A stretch of 64,000 bases of DNA from IMG/VR virus record IMGVR_UViG_3300006919_000003; one strand, given 5' to 3'. Positions 35,909-46,231 of this stretch are shown piece after piece. The translations under genes were made by a program, and so were the position numbers. A model generated the notes under the pieces. The model saw only the letters and a program-made list of their open reading frames with translations, had not been told where the DNA came from and searched no databases. Positions within the stretch are counted from its first letter, which is position 1; every line of letters begins with the position of its first letter. The stretch is from an uncultured virus (IMG/VR IMGVR_UViG_3300006919_000003) (lineage: Duplodnaviria; Heunggongvirae; Uroviricota; Caudoviricetes; Schitoviridae).

Positions 35909-38685
35909 TGCGTCCTACAAGCGAAATTTCACATAATCTTAGTCAATTGGTAGATAAAAAGCTCGGTGAGCTTTATCTTGTCATTGAAAATGTTAATGAA
36001 AACTTGGCGGAAATCCGTCATGTATCTCATTACATGGAAAGTCTTTTTGACATCCATACTAATTTGGCTGATCTGATCAAACTGAGCACTCAAGATGATG
36101 CTCTGAACTTCACGAGTGATAATCTTACAGATTTGGCTACATTTTATGCCAATCTAAATACATTGATCACTAACCGTGCTTCTTTAGATGCTTTGGCTGA
36201 TGAAATTCAGGCTAACGCTGATATTGCAGCAAAATGGGCAGGTGAAGCTGAAGATACTGAAGTAACTCCTGGTTTGTACTCTGCAATGCACCATGCTCTT
36301 AAAGCTGCTGCAACTCATGCTGCTGTTCAAGCCATTAAAGATTCTGCTGAGACCTCTGTACAAGCAATTGCAGATGCAGCAGAAACATATCGTAATGAAG
36401 CTGAGACATTTCGTGATGAAACTTCTTCTCTAATTACTAGTGTTGGTAGTACAATTAGCAGGAATATCCGCAATAGAACTAAACGTTTAATTATTTGTTC
36501 TGGTCAGTCAAATGGACTTGGTAATAATTTTGGTGGTGACACACCAATTAATAACAATGTGTTTATATGGGACGATGTAACAAATACATCATCTGTAGCA
36601 GAATTAGGTAATGCACCATTTAGAGTTACAGGTGAAAATAATATGTTTTTACAAGCTGCTAGACATGCTCAATTAGTTGAGGGTGATGATGTAGAATATC
36701 ATATGGTTATGAATGCCCAAGGTGGTTTGGCTATCAACTATTGGTTGAATGAAGATTTTATAATTACAAACATCACAAACACTAATCCAGCCGTAGTTAC
36801 TTATATTGGTAACCCAAAAGTATTGAATAACAATAGTATTGTTATTAGTGATGTTGTTGGTATGACTGAAGTTAATGGTAATACTTATTCGGTGCATTCT
36901 ACTAACCATAATGAAAGTACATTTGTATTGGATGGTGTTGATGCGACTGGATTTTCTTCATATACATCTGGAGGTAAGTTCAATTTTGCTATAGATAAGC
37001 TTGATGAAATTAATACACAAATCACTGCAATGATTTCCAGTCTTTCTTTAGATTCTTCAACAAAAGTTGATGGAATGTTATTTATGCAGGGAGAGAGTGA
37101 TGATGCTTATTCTGACGGATTTGAATACCGTGACTCTCTTAGAAAATTAGTTAAAAGACTTGAAACTTACTCTTGGTGGGGTAAACAATCAAAACTTATT
37201 TCAGGTTTAGTTGCTGAAAATATGACAGGTGACAAAGCTAATTTAGGTATTAGACAGTATGCAAATTCAGGTGAAAATTTGAATTTTGCTGCGGTTGATA
37301 CATCATTTTTAGAAACTTCTGATACGGTACATTTTACAGGCAGTGCTCTTACTGAAGCTGGTAAACGTTTTGGTGATACATTTCTAGCAATGGAAACACC
37401 TCATATTTGGTTACCACATAAAACTATTGACAGGTTTGTTAATATGGACTTGTCTTCTGAATTCCAAAATGAATTACCACGTTTTTATGAATATATTAAT
37501 GATTGGGATTTCCGTAGTGAAGGGCAAGTTACTCTTCTTATGACTGAGGATACAGTTGTAGATCGCATTATTCGTTTATATGGTATTAATGGTGATCGTA
37601 TTTTGCTTCAAGGTTCATTCGATAATTCGAAAACAATTCCTCCAGTGTACTCTGACTTTACAGGCACACTTATAACTGATTTGGATATGGTTCGTAATTT
37701 TTACAAAGCTAATATTATTGCATCTGGTGTAACACCCTTTATAACATCAGGCGGTTATAAATTACGTATGAGCACATTATCTATTATTGGTGATCAGACT
37801 AATAGTGCATTAGGTATCGATGGCAGAGATCAATCTAATCGTATTGGTAAGTCAAGTATAGGTATTGAATATGTAACAATTGCTGGTTTCCAGGGTACTC
37901 GTGGTTATGGTATTCGTTTGAATGATGGTTCTTTAAAAGAATTATCAACCAAACAAAATGTGTTTGCTCATAATGTTACAGGTATTTATGCTGAAAATAG
38001 TAACTTGGATCTAAACGCTTTACTTACCTGTTATAACACGGGTAACGGTGTTTATATGCGAGAAGGTGGATTTGGTAATCTTCAAAATATAGAAGCTAAA
38101 AATAACACAGGTAGAGGTTTTTATGCTGAAGCAGGTTCTCGTGGATCTGTTAAAGATGGTGATTTTGCATCTAATGGAGTAGATATCAGAGCAGATGATA
38201 TTTCAGAAGTTTTGACTGAAGGTGCTTCTTATACAACCACAATACCTTCTGCTTATGATACACCAGAAGGCTTTGAGGTTTTACGTGGTACTAACAGTAA
38301 AACTGAAGATTTCACCCCTACTTTAGATGCAAGTACGGGTGTAACTTATATTGAGCAATATGGTAAGGTAACCACTGAAACTGGTCCTATGGTCTGGGTA
38401 GAGGTATTTATTGATGCTTCTGCAATTGGTAATGATGGTTCAGGAGTTCAAATCAATATTCCTAAGTTTATCACAGAACTTGATATGATTTCATTTAACT
38501 GGTTACCTACTAAGTGCAGTGGTCTTGAAGCTGGTATCAATTTAAATGAGCATTATCTCGTAAGTAATGGTAATAACGAAGTACAAATTGTCGATAAGAA
38601 TGGTGTAGTTGTAAGTTACACTAATTTCTTCTCTGCTGGTGGATCAGCAGGATCAATTGGCTTCATTCTTCAATATAGAAAGTAG
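35908..38685 (+). CDS. Tail fibre/appendage with SGNH (SASA-type) O-acetylesterase and beta-helix
   Basis: N-terminal coiled coil; SGQSNG, QGG, QGESD, DTVHF; N.G.G.Y parallel beta-helix repeats. Confidence 0.8.
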   Translation: MRPTSEISHNLSQLVDKKLGELYLVIENVNENLAEIRHVSHYMESLFDIHTNLADLIKLSTQDDALNFTSDNLTDLATFYANLNTLITNRASLDALADEIQANADIAAKWAGEAEDTEVTPGLYSAMHHALKAAATHAAVQAIKDSAETSVQAIADAAETYRNEAETFRDETSSLITSVGSTISRNIRNRTKRLIICSGQSNGLGNNFGGDTPINNNVFIWDDVTNTSSVAELGNAPFRVTGENNMFLQAARHAQLVEGDDVEYHMVMNAQGGLAINYWLNEDFIITNITNTNPAVVTYIGNPKVLNNNSIVISDVVGMTEVNGNTYSVHSTNHNESTFVLDGVDATGFSSYTSGGKFNFAIDKLDEINTQITAMISSLSLDSSTKVDGMLFMQGESDDAYSDGFEYRDSLRKLVKRLETYSWWGKQSKLISGLVAENMTGDKANLGIRQYANSGENLNFAAVDTSFLETSDTVHFTGSALTEAGKRFGDTFLAMETPHIWLPHKTIDRFVNMDLSSEFQNELPRFYEYINDWDFRSEGQVTLLMTEDTVVDRIIRLYGINGDRILLQGSFDNSKTIPPVYSDFTGTLITDLDMVRNFYKANIIASGVTPFITSGGYKLRMSTLSIIGDQTNSALGIDGRDQSNRIGKSSIGIEYVTIAGFQGTRGYGIRLNDGSLKELSTKQNVFAHNVTGIYAENSNLDLNALLTCYNTGNGVYMREGGFGNLQNIEAKNNTGRGFYAEAGSRGSVKDGDFASNGVDIRADDISEVLTEGASYTTTIPSAYDTPEGFEVLRGTNSKTEDFTPTLDASTGVTYIEQYGKVTTETGPMVWVEVFIDASAIGNDGSGVQINIPKFITELDMISFNWLPTKCSGLEAGINLNEHYLVSNGNNEVQIVDKNGVVVSYTNFFSAGGSAGSIGFILQYRK

Positions 38686-38691
38686 TTTATT

Positions 38692-40821
38692 ATGTCAGAT
38701 GAATATCAACCAGTTGATGACTTTGAAACAGAGTCAGGTACTCCAAGCAATGAATTCGATGAAACTAGTAGCAATTCTATGGCAGCCAGTTCATCAACTG
38801 CTGAAGAATGGGCTGCATTAGCAGAGAAGTGGGCCACAAATCCAGAAAATACCGTTGTAGAAGACGGTAAATTCTCTGCTCTTCACCATGCTTTGAAAGC
38901 TGAAGCAGCTAACACTGTTACACAAGAAGCAAAAGATATTGCTGTTTCTACGCAGACTTTGATTGAACAAATGAACCATATCATCGTATGTGATACGGTT
39001 GCAGATGTTCGAGCATTGGGTATCGGTCAAGTACAGGGATCTATTCGTTTAATGGGTTATCATACTGTACGTGATGGTGGTGGTGGTTATTTGGTTTATG
39101 ATCCAAACGACACTACAACTGCTGATGATGGTTTTATCAACTTCGTTGATACACAAGGTCGTCGCTGGAAACGTGATTGGCAAACAGGTGGTTTTGTAAC
39201 ACCTCTTATGGCTGGTGCTATTACCAATGATGCTGCAAATGATGCAGGTGATGCTCTACATCAAGTGTTTGTTTGGTCTGGTGAAAACCAGGTTCGTCTA
39301 CATATTCCTGCAACTGGTGAAACATCAGGTGGTGGTAAATGTCGTTATTTCTGTAACCGTACTCTACCACTTTATACTAACCACCAAATCACTGGTAGTG
39401 GTGCTGACATCGTTGAAATACGCTTTACTAACAATACACATGGTATTGTGAGTGCTGCATCAGGAACAACCATTACAGCAGGTTTTAGCATTACAGGCTT
39501 TACTGTACGTGGTGTTGCTGACACTTCTTCTGCTACAACTGCTACTACAGCTATTTATCTATTCCGTTGTCGTGACTTTGTAATCGGTATCAACGTTGAT
39601 AAATGGGTAAACTGTATGCGTATGGATCCTCAGAATACAGGATTTATCAATGGACGTATTTATGGTGATTGGTTCCAGACTTACTTCCCGAACAAACATA
39701 ACAACGGCCCGAACATTGGTCTGTACATTGATGATACTGGTTCTAAGAAAGTTCAGATTCTTGATCTAGTTGGCCTGAAAATCTACTCACAGCTAACAAC
39801 AACAAAGATTGTTGATTTGGTTCCTATCAACTCTGAGTTCTCATTCACGATTACCTTACCTCTTTATAAGGCTTCGGGTATCAAGGTGAATAGGATTGAT
39901 GCTGAAGGCTTCAAAACTCGTGATACAGACTTCCAGTTGTACGATGAGACCTCTGGACGTGTTCTTCTTGCTGACACCTGGGAAAACCCAGGAGATGTGA
40001 CTGTAGGAGATGTAACTACTCCAACAAACTTGGGTATTACATTCGGTAGCACATGGTCTCAAGGTGAGACGTTTGAGATCGTTTGGAATGATCCTTGGGG
40101 TAACAAAGCAGTATTTGTTGCTGACGGATCTGGTATCGTTTCTAAGGGTGGTCATTTCGGTGGTTATGATATCATTTTGGATACCTTTGGTACTGATATG
40201 ATCTTTACACCTGATTATGTACAGTTGGCAAATGTCTTTGGTAGAGTACGTTCTGGTGCTACTAACAATGAAATCTGGGCATTGGAGTTCAATAACACCA
40301 TTCAGACAATGTATGTAGCTGATGCGAATACAAAACCAAAAGTAAACCCAGACAGGGGCGTAAAAGAACCAGAACAGATCAATACAGGATCTTATTCAGG
40401 TACTTCAGCTTCTACTGTCTCAGGATCTGAGATTATTTGTCGCGGTAAGTTTCCTAACCGACGTATCCCAGAGTTTAACTTGAACTTGAAAATGGCTTGT
40501 CCTGATCAACGTTCAATGCGTACAACTGTTGAGGTTATGAAGGTAAAGAACCGTGGAACACCAGAAATCATACAGAAACAACGTATTGATGTTGTTGCTT
40601 CAACAAACACTGGTAACAGTACCAATGATGCTATTTCACATGAAGAAGATGTAACAATCAAAGTATTCGATGATGAAGTTGCAGATTTTGTGGGTGGTGT
40701 TACTGATGAATATCGTTATTATCTACAAGTATATACAAATAGAGATAACGGTACTGTTGATGTTCAATCAGGTGGCACATACAATTCATGGGCCAACTAT
40801 ATTGAGCTAGGTGCTTATTAA
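38692..40821 (+). CDS. Tailspike with pectate-lyase-like beta-helix
   Basis: GYHTVRDGGGG..YDPND..DDG..GRRWKR module; TPLMAGA..D; beta-helix. Confidence 0.8.
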   Translation: MSDEYQPVDDFETESGTPSNEFDETSSNSMAASSSTAEEWAALAEKWATNPENTVVEDGKFSALHHALKAEAANTVTQEAKDIAVSTQTLIEQMNHIIVCDTVADVRALGIGQVQGSIRLMGYHTVRDGGGGYLVYDPNDTTTADDGFINFVDTQGRRWKRDWQTGGFVTPLMAGAITNDAANDAGDALHQVFVWSGENQVRLHIPATGETSGGGKCRYFCNRTLPLYTNHQITGSGADIVEIRFTNNTHGIVSAASGTTITAGFSITGFTVRGVADTSSATTATTAIYLFRCRDFVIGINVDKWVNCMRMDPQNTGFINGRIYGDWFQTYFPNKHNNGPNIGLYIDDTGSKKVQILDLVGLKIYSQLTTTKIVDLVPINSEFSFTITLPLYKASGIKVNRIDAEGFKTRDTDFQLYDETSGRVLLADTWENPGDVTVGDVTTPTNLGITFGSTWSQGETFEIVWNDPWGNKAVFVADGSGIVSKGGHFGGYDIILDTFGTDMIFTPDYVQLANVFGRVRSGATNNEIWALEFNNTIQTMYVADANTKPKVNPDRGVKEPEQINTGSYSGTSASTVSGSEIICRGKFPNRRIPEFNLNLKMACPDQRSMRTTVEVMKVKNRGTPEIIQKQRIDVVASTNTGNSTNDAISHEEDVTIKVFDDEVADFVGGVTDEYRYYLQVYTNRDNGTVDVQSGGTYNSWANYIELGAY

Positions 40822-40846
40822 AACTTAGAACAGTGGAACAAACACT

Positions 40847-41131
40847 ATGAAGACATCAGCAGAATTCATCATTGCTCTCATCGCAGCTTCAGTGTTTGTG
40901 TTTGAGAGCAATAAGGACAAAACATTAGTGACTAGATTCACTATTACGATTGTATCGGCAGCTATGGGATTTTCCCTAGCTCCTGATCTTTCTGTGTATG
41001 TTGGAGGATCTCTTGTTATTACAGGACTATTAGTAACCGCTTTTGGCTTTTTGTTCTTAGAGATGGCTTCTGCATTGTTATCAGACATACCTTTTATCAA
41101 AGAGGTCATTAAGAAGAGGTTTGGAAAATGA
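40847..41131 (+). CDS. Holin-like membrane protein
   Basis: Three hydrophobic segments, basic C-terminus, start of lysis cluster. Confidence 0.65.
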   Translation: MKTSAEFIIALIAASVFVFESNKDKTLVTRFTITIVSAAMGFSLAPDLSVYVGGSLVITGLLVTAFGFLFLEMASALLSDIPFIKEVIKKRFGK

Positions 41132-41625
41132 GTAACACGCTAAATACATTAAGAAAGCGTAATACGCTCTCCAATTGGGCAATCCTTTTAGGATGTGCCA
41201 TTTATTTTCTCCCAACATTACTAATGTCACATCTTTGGATCGATACCAAAAGTGTGTTCATTCAGGATTCCTATGTTGGTGATGAAACTATTATGATAGT
41301 TGATCGAGATATTAAGATTAATTTTCCAGGGCATTACACTGTAACCATATATAGAAATGGTGATCAGTTCGTATGTCAAAGTAAGTCACCATCATCAATT
41401 GCTTATGATAAGGATAAGAAACTACCAGAACCTTTACACCTATCATGGTGGTTAGGTGGTAAAGATATCCTTCAAAAATGTATTCATGAGGGCTATACTT
41501 CTGGTGTGTTTAGAGTTAACACTTGTCACATCGTTCTCTTCCCCTTATGGGAAATCCCTGTAGCAAAGTCATGTAAAATGAGTAATAAATTTGCTCGTGC
41601 AGAAAAGGTCAAGAAAGATGGATAA
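41128..41625 (+). CDS. Single-TM periplasmic protein (lysis accessory candidate)
   Basis: N-terminal TM, Cys-containing beta-rich domain; between holin and endolysin. Confidence 0.6.
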   Translation: MSNTLNTLRKRNTLSNWAILLGCAIYFLPTLLMSHLWIDTKSVFIQDSYVGDETIMIVDRDIKINFPGHYTVTIYRNGDQFVCQSKSPSSIAYDKDKKLPEPLHLSWWLGGKDILQKCIHEGYTSGVFRVNTCHIVLFPLWEIPVAKSCKMSNKFARAEKVKKDG

Positions 41626-42901
41626 AAACCAAGCATTCTTCAACATGGTTTACAACGATGCTCGTGAAGCAGGTTGTAACCATATTCAAGCATCAGTATG
41701 TGCTGGTCAATGTATTTTGGAGTCCAATTGGGGTAAAACCCTGAAAGGTAACGCTTATTTCGGTATTAAAGCTGGAAAAAGTTGGACTGGTAAAACACAG
41801 GTATTCACTACCCACGAGGAGGTGAATGGTAAACGTATCAAGATCCAAGACAAATTCAGAGCATACGATAGTTTCACAGATAGTGTGAAAGACTATATTG
41901 ATTTGATGTCCAGGAACTTCCCACAAACCTGGAATGCTAAAACATTGAAGGCAGCCACAGATGGTCTTGGTCATGGTAAGTATGGTCGTTATGCAACTGA
42001 CTCTTCATATGAAGATAAGGTTTATAGGACTATTAAAAAACGTTCTACCAAGGTTACTGACGAACGTCGTACATTACGTCGTGGTGATCGTGGTCAAGAT
42101 GTTAACCGTCTTCTTATCTTACTTCACAGCAAAGGCTACTACGATGGCCCAATTGATGGTGCATTCGGTGGTGGTACTGAAGCTGCGGTTGAACACTTCC
42201 AACGAGATGCTGGTCTGAAAGCTGATGGTGTTGTTGGTTCCCAGACTTATGAAGCATTGGATGGATGGGACAAGGATGCTTCTACACGTACAATGAAAAG
42301 TGTGGATATCATTGTTTACACGAACCAACAGGCTATTCGTAACAAGCGTTGTACTAAAACCCTTGAAGAGACCTTAGAGAAAGCTCTTATTGCTGTTTAC
42401 GGTGATGGAGTAACTGCTCGTATTTATAGTGGTGGTCAAGATGCTAAGGGTAAAGGTACTCGTCGTACAGGTTCTGTTCGTCATGATAATGGTAAAGCAT
42501 GTGATGCTCATATCTTTGATAAACACGGTAATCAAATTATCGGTATAGAGCTTGCAAAACTGGGTCAATATTGGATTGCAATGGGTTATGGTTCATGTGG
42601 TCTGGAAATGGCTGGTGGTGGTATTCACCTTGATGAATGGACAACACCTCCCTCTGGTGGAGCACTTTCATGGACATATAAAGCTTCTGATGCTAAGTCC
42701 TATGGTGCTGAAATCAAGAGAATGCTTCTTGATGGACGTAAAGGTATTAAACCAAAACTACCAAAGGCTGTAGTTAAGAAAGCTGCACAAAAGTTCCCAA
42801 CTAAAGAAGTCGGATCAGGAGTTGTAATCGTTGGTCTGTTCTGGTATTGGGATAACTTAAAAGCTGACTTTGCAAGCTTAGTTGCATGGTTGGGCTTCTA
42901 A
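41618..42901 (+). CDS. Modular endolysin: GH73 glucosaminidase + PG-binding + M15-like peptidase + C-terminal hydrophobic tail
   Basis: LESNWG..FGIKA..YATD; LRRGDRG..DGAFG..FQR..ADGVVG; RHDNGKACD..IHLD. Confidence 0.88.
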   Translation: MDKNQAFFNMVYNDAREAGCNHIQASVCAGQCILESNWGKTLKGNAYFGIKAGKSWTGKTQVFTTHEEVNGKRIKIQDKFRAYDSFTDSVKDYIDLMSRNFPQTWNAKTLKAATDGLGHGKYGRYATDSSYEDKVYRTIKKRSTKVTDERRTLRRGDRGQDVNRLLILLHSKGYYDGPIDGAFGGGTEAAVEHFQRDAGLKADGVVGSQTYEALDGWDKDASTRTMKSVDIIVYTNQQAIRNKRCTKTLEETLEKALIAVYGDGVTARIYSGGQDAKGKGTRRTGSVRHDNGKACDAHIFDKHGNQIIGIELAKLGQYWIAMGYGSCGLEMAGGGIHLDEWTTPPSGGALSWTYKASDAKSYGAEIKRMLLDGRKGIKPKLPKAVVKKAAQKFPTKEVGSGVVIVGLFWYWDNLKADFASLVAWLGF

Positions 42902-42918
42902 ACACAAGGAACAAGAAC

Positions 42919-43230
42919 ATGGTACTCTTTTTTACAATTCTGATCATCGTACTTGCTGTCGCTATTGCAATGTGGAACCTGGTTCCGTCATGGCGTGAGT
43001 ATATGCGAGGTTATTCAACCTGGGTTGAAGCAGCAACCACAGCCATTGTTGGTTATGGTGCTTGGGCAGTTGATTGGTATGGTTCTGTTGTTGAAAGTAT
43101 CCAAGATACTGAATACGCTGAATATGTCCCAGAAAACATTGCTGCATATATCCCAATTGCTATCCTTATCTGGATGGCTATTAAACGCAAACAAACGAAA
43201 ACCCCTGCTGGTGAGAAGTTGGAGGACTAA
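42919..43230 (+). CDS. Membrane protein (holin-like)
   Basis: Three hydrophobic segments; ends KRKQTKTPAG. Confidence 0.65.
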   Translation: MVLFFTILIIVLAVAIAMWNLVPSWREYMRGYSTWVEAATTAIVGYGAWAVDWYGSVVESIQDTEYAEYVPENIAAYIPIAILIWMAIKRKQTKTPAGEKLED

Positions 43231-43613
43231 TGTCTATCTTTTCTAAAGTCTTAGGTTTCTTCCTCAATGGTGGTATTGCTGCCATTGGGGAACAATTGCG
43301 TTTAGCACGTAAAGCAGAGCTTGAAGCAAAGAATGATGCTGATCGTATTGATGCTGAACTTGTTGTCAAACAATTAGAAGCTCGTAGAGCTGTATTGATC
43401 GAAGAAATTAAATCTGATCGTACATGGTGGATACGTCCTGCTATTGCTTTTCCGATTGTAGTGTACATTAACAAGATTATTATCTATGATAAGGTACTAA
43501 AGCTCGGTGTTACTGACGATTTGTCACCAGATATGTGGAAACTGTTCTGGATTGTAGTAGGCTTTTATTTCCTTACCCGTGGTGGTGAATACATCATGGC
43601 TCGCAAAAAATAA
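43230..43613 (+). CDS. Membrane protein (3TM holin-like)
   Basis: Coiled coil then WIRP, TM, W..VVGFYFLTR. Confidence 0.65.
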   Translation: MSIFSKVLGFFLNGGIAAIGEQLRLARKAELEAKNDADRIDAELVVKQLEARRAVLIEEIKSDRTWWIRPAIAFPIVVYINKIIIYDKVLKLGVTDDLSPDMWKLFWIVVGFYFLTRGGEYIMARKK

Positions 43614-43625
43614 CGGATATCGACC

Positions 43626-45851
43626 ATGACAGAGATGAATAAACAAATCGTTGGTAAGAAGCTTACAAACTGGTCAAAAGAACCTACTGTAATGGATCTT
43701 AAAGAAGATCTTACAGCTTGTAAGAGTTCTCACGATACAATAAATACTCGTATCAATCATTGGAATGATTTACGAGAAGTTAAAGGTAGTGCTCGTCCTA
43801 AGACGATTAAAGGACGTTCTAGTATCCAACCAAAACTTATTCGTCGTCAAGCTGAATGGCGTTATTCTGCTTTGTCTGAACCTTTCCTTGGTTCAGATAA
43901 AATGTATAGCATTAGTCCACGAACCTTCGAAGATACTGCATCCGCTGAACAGAATGAGATGCTTTTGAATTGGCAGTTTAATGCCAAGATCAACAAAGTT
44001 CGTTTCATTGATGAATATGTACGTACTGCTGTTGATGAAGGTACTGCGATTGTTCGTCTTGGTTGGGAACGTGAAGTAGAGGAAGTTTTAGTAAACAACC
44101 CAATTTTCACGTACTATGAGATCGAAAACGAACAACAAGAAGCAGAGTTTGGTCAAGCAATGGAATTGCGTGAACAAGATCCAAAAGCTTATTCAGAGAT
44201 CCCTGAAGAGCTTCAGGCTGCTGTAGATTATTTCCTTGAGACACAGATCCCCACTGTTGCTCAGATCTCAGGTTATGAAAAAGTTCCTGAAGAACGTATT
44301 GTTGAAAACAAACCAACAGTTGAATTGGTTAATCCTCAGAACGTTTATCTTGATCCATCATGCCAAGGTGACTACACCAAAGCAGGATTTATTATTGTAA
44401 GTTATGAGACTTCTCAAGCAGAGCTTAAGAAAGATGGTCGGTTTAAAAACCTAGATGCAGTTAACTGGTCTGGTAATACTATCTTATCTGAAGCTGATCA
44501 CGAAAGCCGTACATCGTCTGACTTTAATTTTAAGGATGATCTACGTAAACGTGTTGTGGCTTATGAATACTGGGGTGAAAAAGACATCGACGGTTCAGGT
44601 AAACTGGTTCCCATCGTTTCTACTTGGATCGGTGATACAATGGTTCGTCTTGAAAAGAACCCTTTCCCTGATCAAAGACCTCCATTTATCTTTGCAAATT
44701 ACCTCCCTGTAAAGCGTTCAGCTTACGGTGAACCTGATGCTGAGATCTTGGAAGACAATCAGAAAGTATCTGGTGCTATTACTCGTGGTATGATTGACCT
44801 TATGGGCCGTTCTGCTAACTCTCAACAGGGTTTTGCTAAAGGCTTCCTGGATATCACAAACCGTCGTCGTCTCGACTCTGGTCAGGATTATGAATTTAAT
44901 CCAGGCCAAGGTACTCCTGATATGAACGTCCATCAGCATAAGTATCCTGAGATCCCTAATTCAGCTCTTACAGTGATGCAGATGCAGAACCAAGATGCAG
45001 AATCCCTCACAGGTGTGAAATCATTCTCTGGTGGTGTTTCTGGTGAAGCATATGGTGATGTTGCTGCTGGTATCCGTGGTGTATTGGATGCTTCTTCTAA
45101 ACGCGAAATGAATATCCTACGTCGTCTTGCTAAAGGTATTCAAGATATGGGTGTAAAGATTGCTGCTATGAACACTATGTTCTTATCAGAAGAAGAAATC
45201 GTAAGAGTCACTAATGCTGAGTTTATCAACATTAAACGTGAAGATCTTGCAGGTCAGTTTGATATCATTGTTGACATCGCTACTGCTGAAATCGACGAAA
45301 AGAAAGCACAGGATCTAAGCTTTATGCTTCAGACTATGGGGCCAAACATGGATCCTGCTATTTCTCGTATGGCTCTGGTTGAAATCGCTAAATTGAAGCG
45401 TCTACCAGATCTTGCAGAGAAAATTGACAACTTCCAGCCTGAACCAGATCCAATTGAAGAAGAATTGAAACAGTTGGCTCTTGAGAAAGCTAAGGTAGAA
45501 ATCCTTGAGCTTCAGTCTAAGATTGAGCTAAACAAGGCTAAGACTTACGAAACGAACACAGAAGGTGACCTTAACCAAGTTGAGGCAGATAATGAAGCTT
45601 CTGGTCTAAACCATGAAAGGGATTTGCAAAAACAGAAAGAACAGTCTAAAGGTAACCAGGACTTGGAAGTTACTAAACATCTTCTTAAGCCTCAGAAAGA
45701 AAATGAGGTTAACCCACCAGTTGACGCTGCAATAGGTTATAAGGCGATAACAGACTTTCAAGACCAACCAAGTAGCGCAGCTACAAACATAAACTCGCAA
45801 GAGTTCGATCCACGTTTAGATCCTGCTTTAAACCCAGCTCTAAACCTTTAA
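43626..45851 (+). CDS. Portal protein (N4 gp59-like)
   Basis: GRSSIQPKLIRRQAEWRYSALSEPFL; N4 synteny. Confidence 0.95.
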   Translation: MTEMNKQIVGKKLTNWSKEPTVMDLKEDLTACKSSHDTINTRINHWNDLREVKGSARPKTIKGRSSIQPKLIRRQAEWRYSALSEPFLGSDKMYSISPRTFEDTASAEQNEMLLNWQFNAKINKVRFIDEYVRTAVDEGTAIVRLGWEREVEEVLVNNPIFTYYEIENEQQEAEFGQAMELREQDPKAYSEIPEELQAAVDYFLETQIPTVAQISGYEKVPEERIVENKPTVELVNPQNVYLDPSCQGDYTKAGFIIVSYETSQAELKKDGRFKNLDAVNWSGNTILSEADHESRTSSDFNFKDDLRKRVVAYEYWGEKDIDGSGKLVPIVSTWIGDTMVRLEKNPFPDQRPPFIFANYLPVKRSAYGEPDAEILEDNQKVSGAITRGMIDLMGRSANSQQGFAKGFLDITNRRRLDSGQDYEFNPGQGTPDMNVHQHKYPEIPNSALTVMQMQNQDAESLTGVKSFSGGVSGEAYGDVAAGIRGVLDASSKREMNILRRLAKGIQDMGVKIAAMNTMFLSEEEIVRVTNAEFINIKREDLAGQFDIIVDIATAEIDEKKAQDLSFMLQTMGPNMDPAISRMALVEIAKLKRLPDLAEKIDNFQPEPDPIEEELKQLALEKAKVEILELQSKIELNKAKTYETNTEGDLNQVEADNEASGLNHERDLQKQKEQSKGNQDLEVTKHLLKPQKENEVNPPVDAAIGYKAITDFQDQPSSAATNINSQEFDPRLDPALNPALNL

Positions 45852-45875
45852 AACAACATTTGAGGAAACATTATT

Positions 45876-46229
45876 ATGTCTCAATCCGAATTGGAACAAC
45901 AAATCGCTGAAGTCGAGTTGACTCGTACAGAAGCACAAAAGATCGTCGAAATGGGTAATAAAGCCCGTGATTTGGCTAAAAACCCACTATTCAAGGAACT
46001 TATCCTTGATGGTTACTTTATGAATGAGGCAGCTCGTTTGGCTCATCTTTCATCAGATCCTATGATCAACGAAACCCAACGTGAACAAGTTCAACGTGAT
46101 ATTTTTGGTATAGGTGGCCTTAAACGCTATCTTCGTACCATTACTATGATGGCTGATAATGCTCAATCTGAGTTAGAGAGTTCTATTGAAACTCTTGAAG
46201 AACTTCGTTCTGAAGAGGTAGGTGAATAA
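45876..46229 (+). CDS. N4 gp58-like protein
   Basis: NPLFKELILDGYF..EAARL; synteny. Confidence 0.8.
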   Translation: MSQSELEQQIAEVELTRTEAQKIVEMGNKARDLAKNPLFKELILDGYFMNEAARLAHLSSDPMINETQREQVQRDIFGIGGLKRYLRTITMMADNAQSELESSIETLEELRSEEVGE

Positions 46230-46231
46230 TC

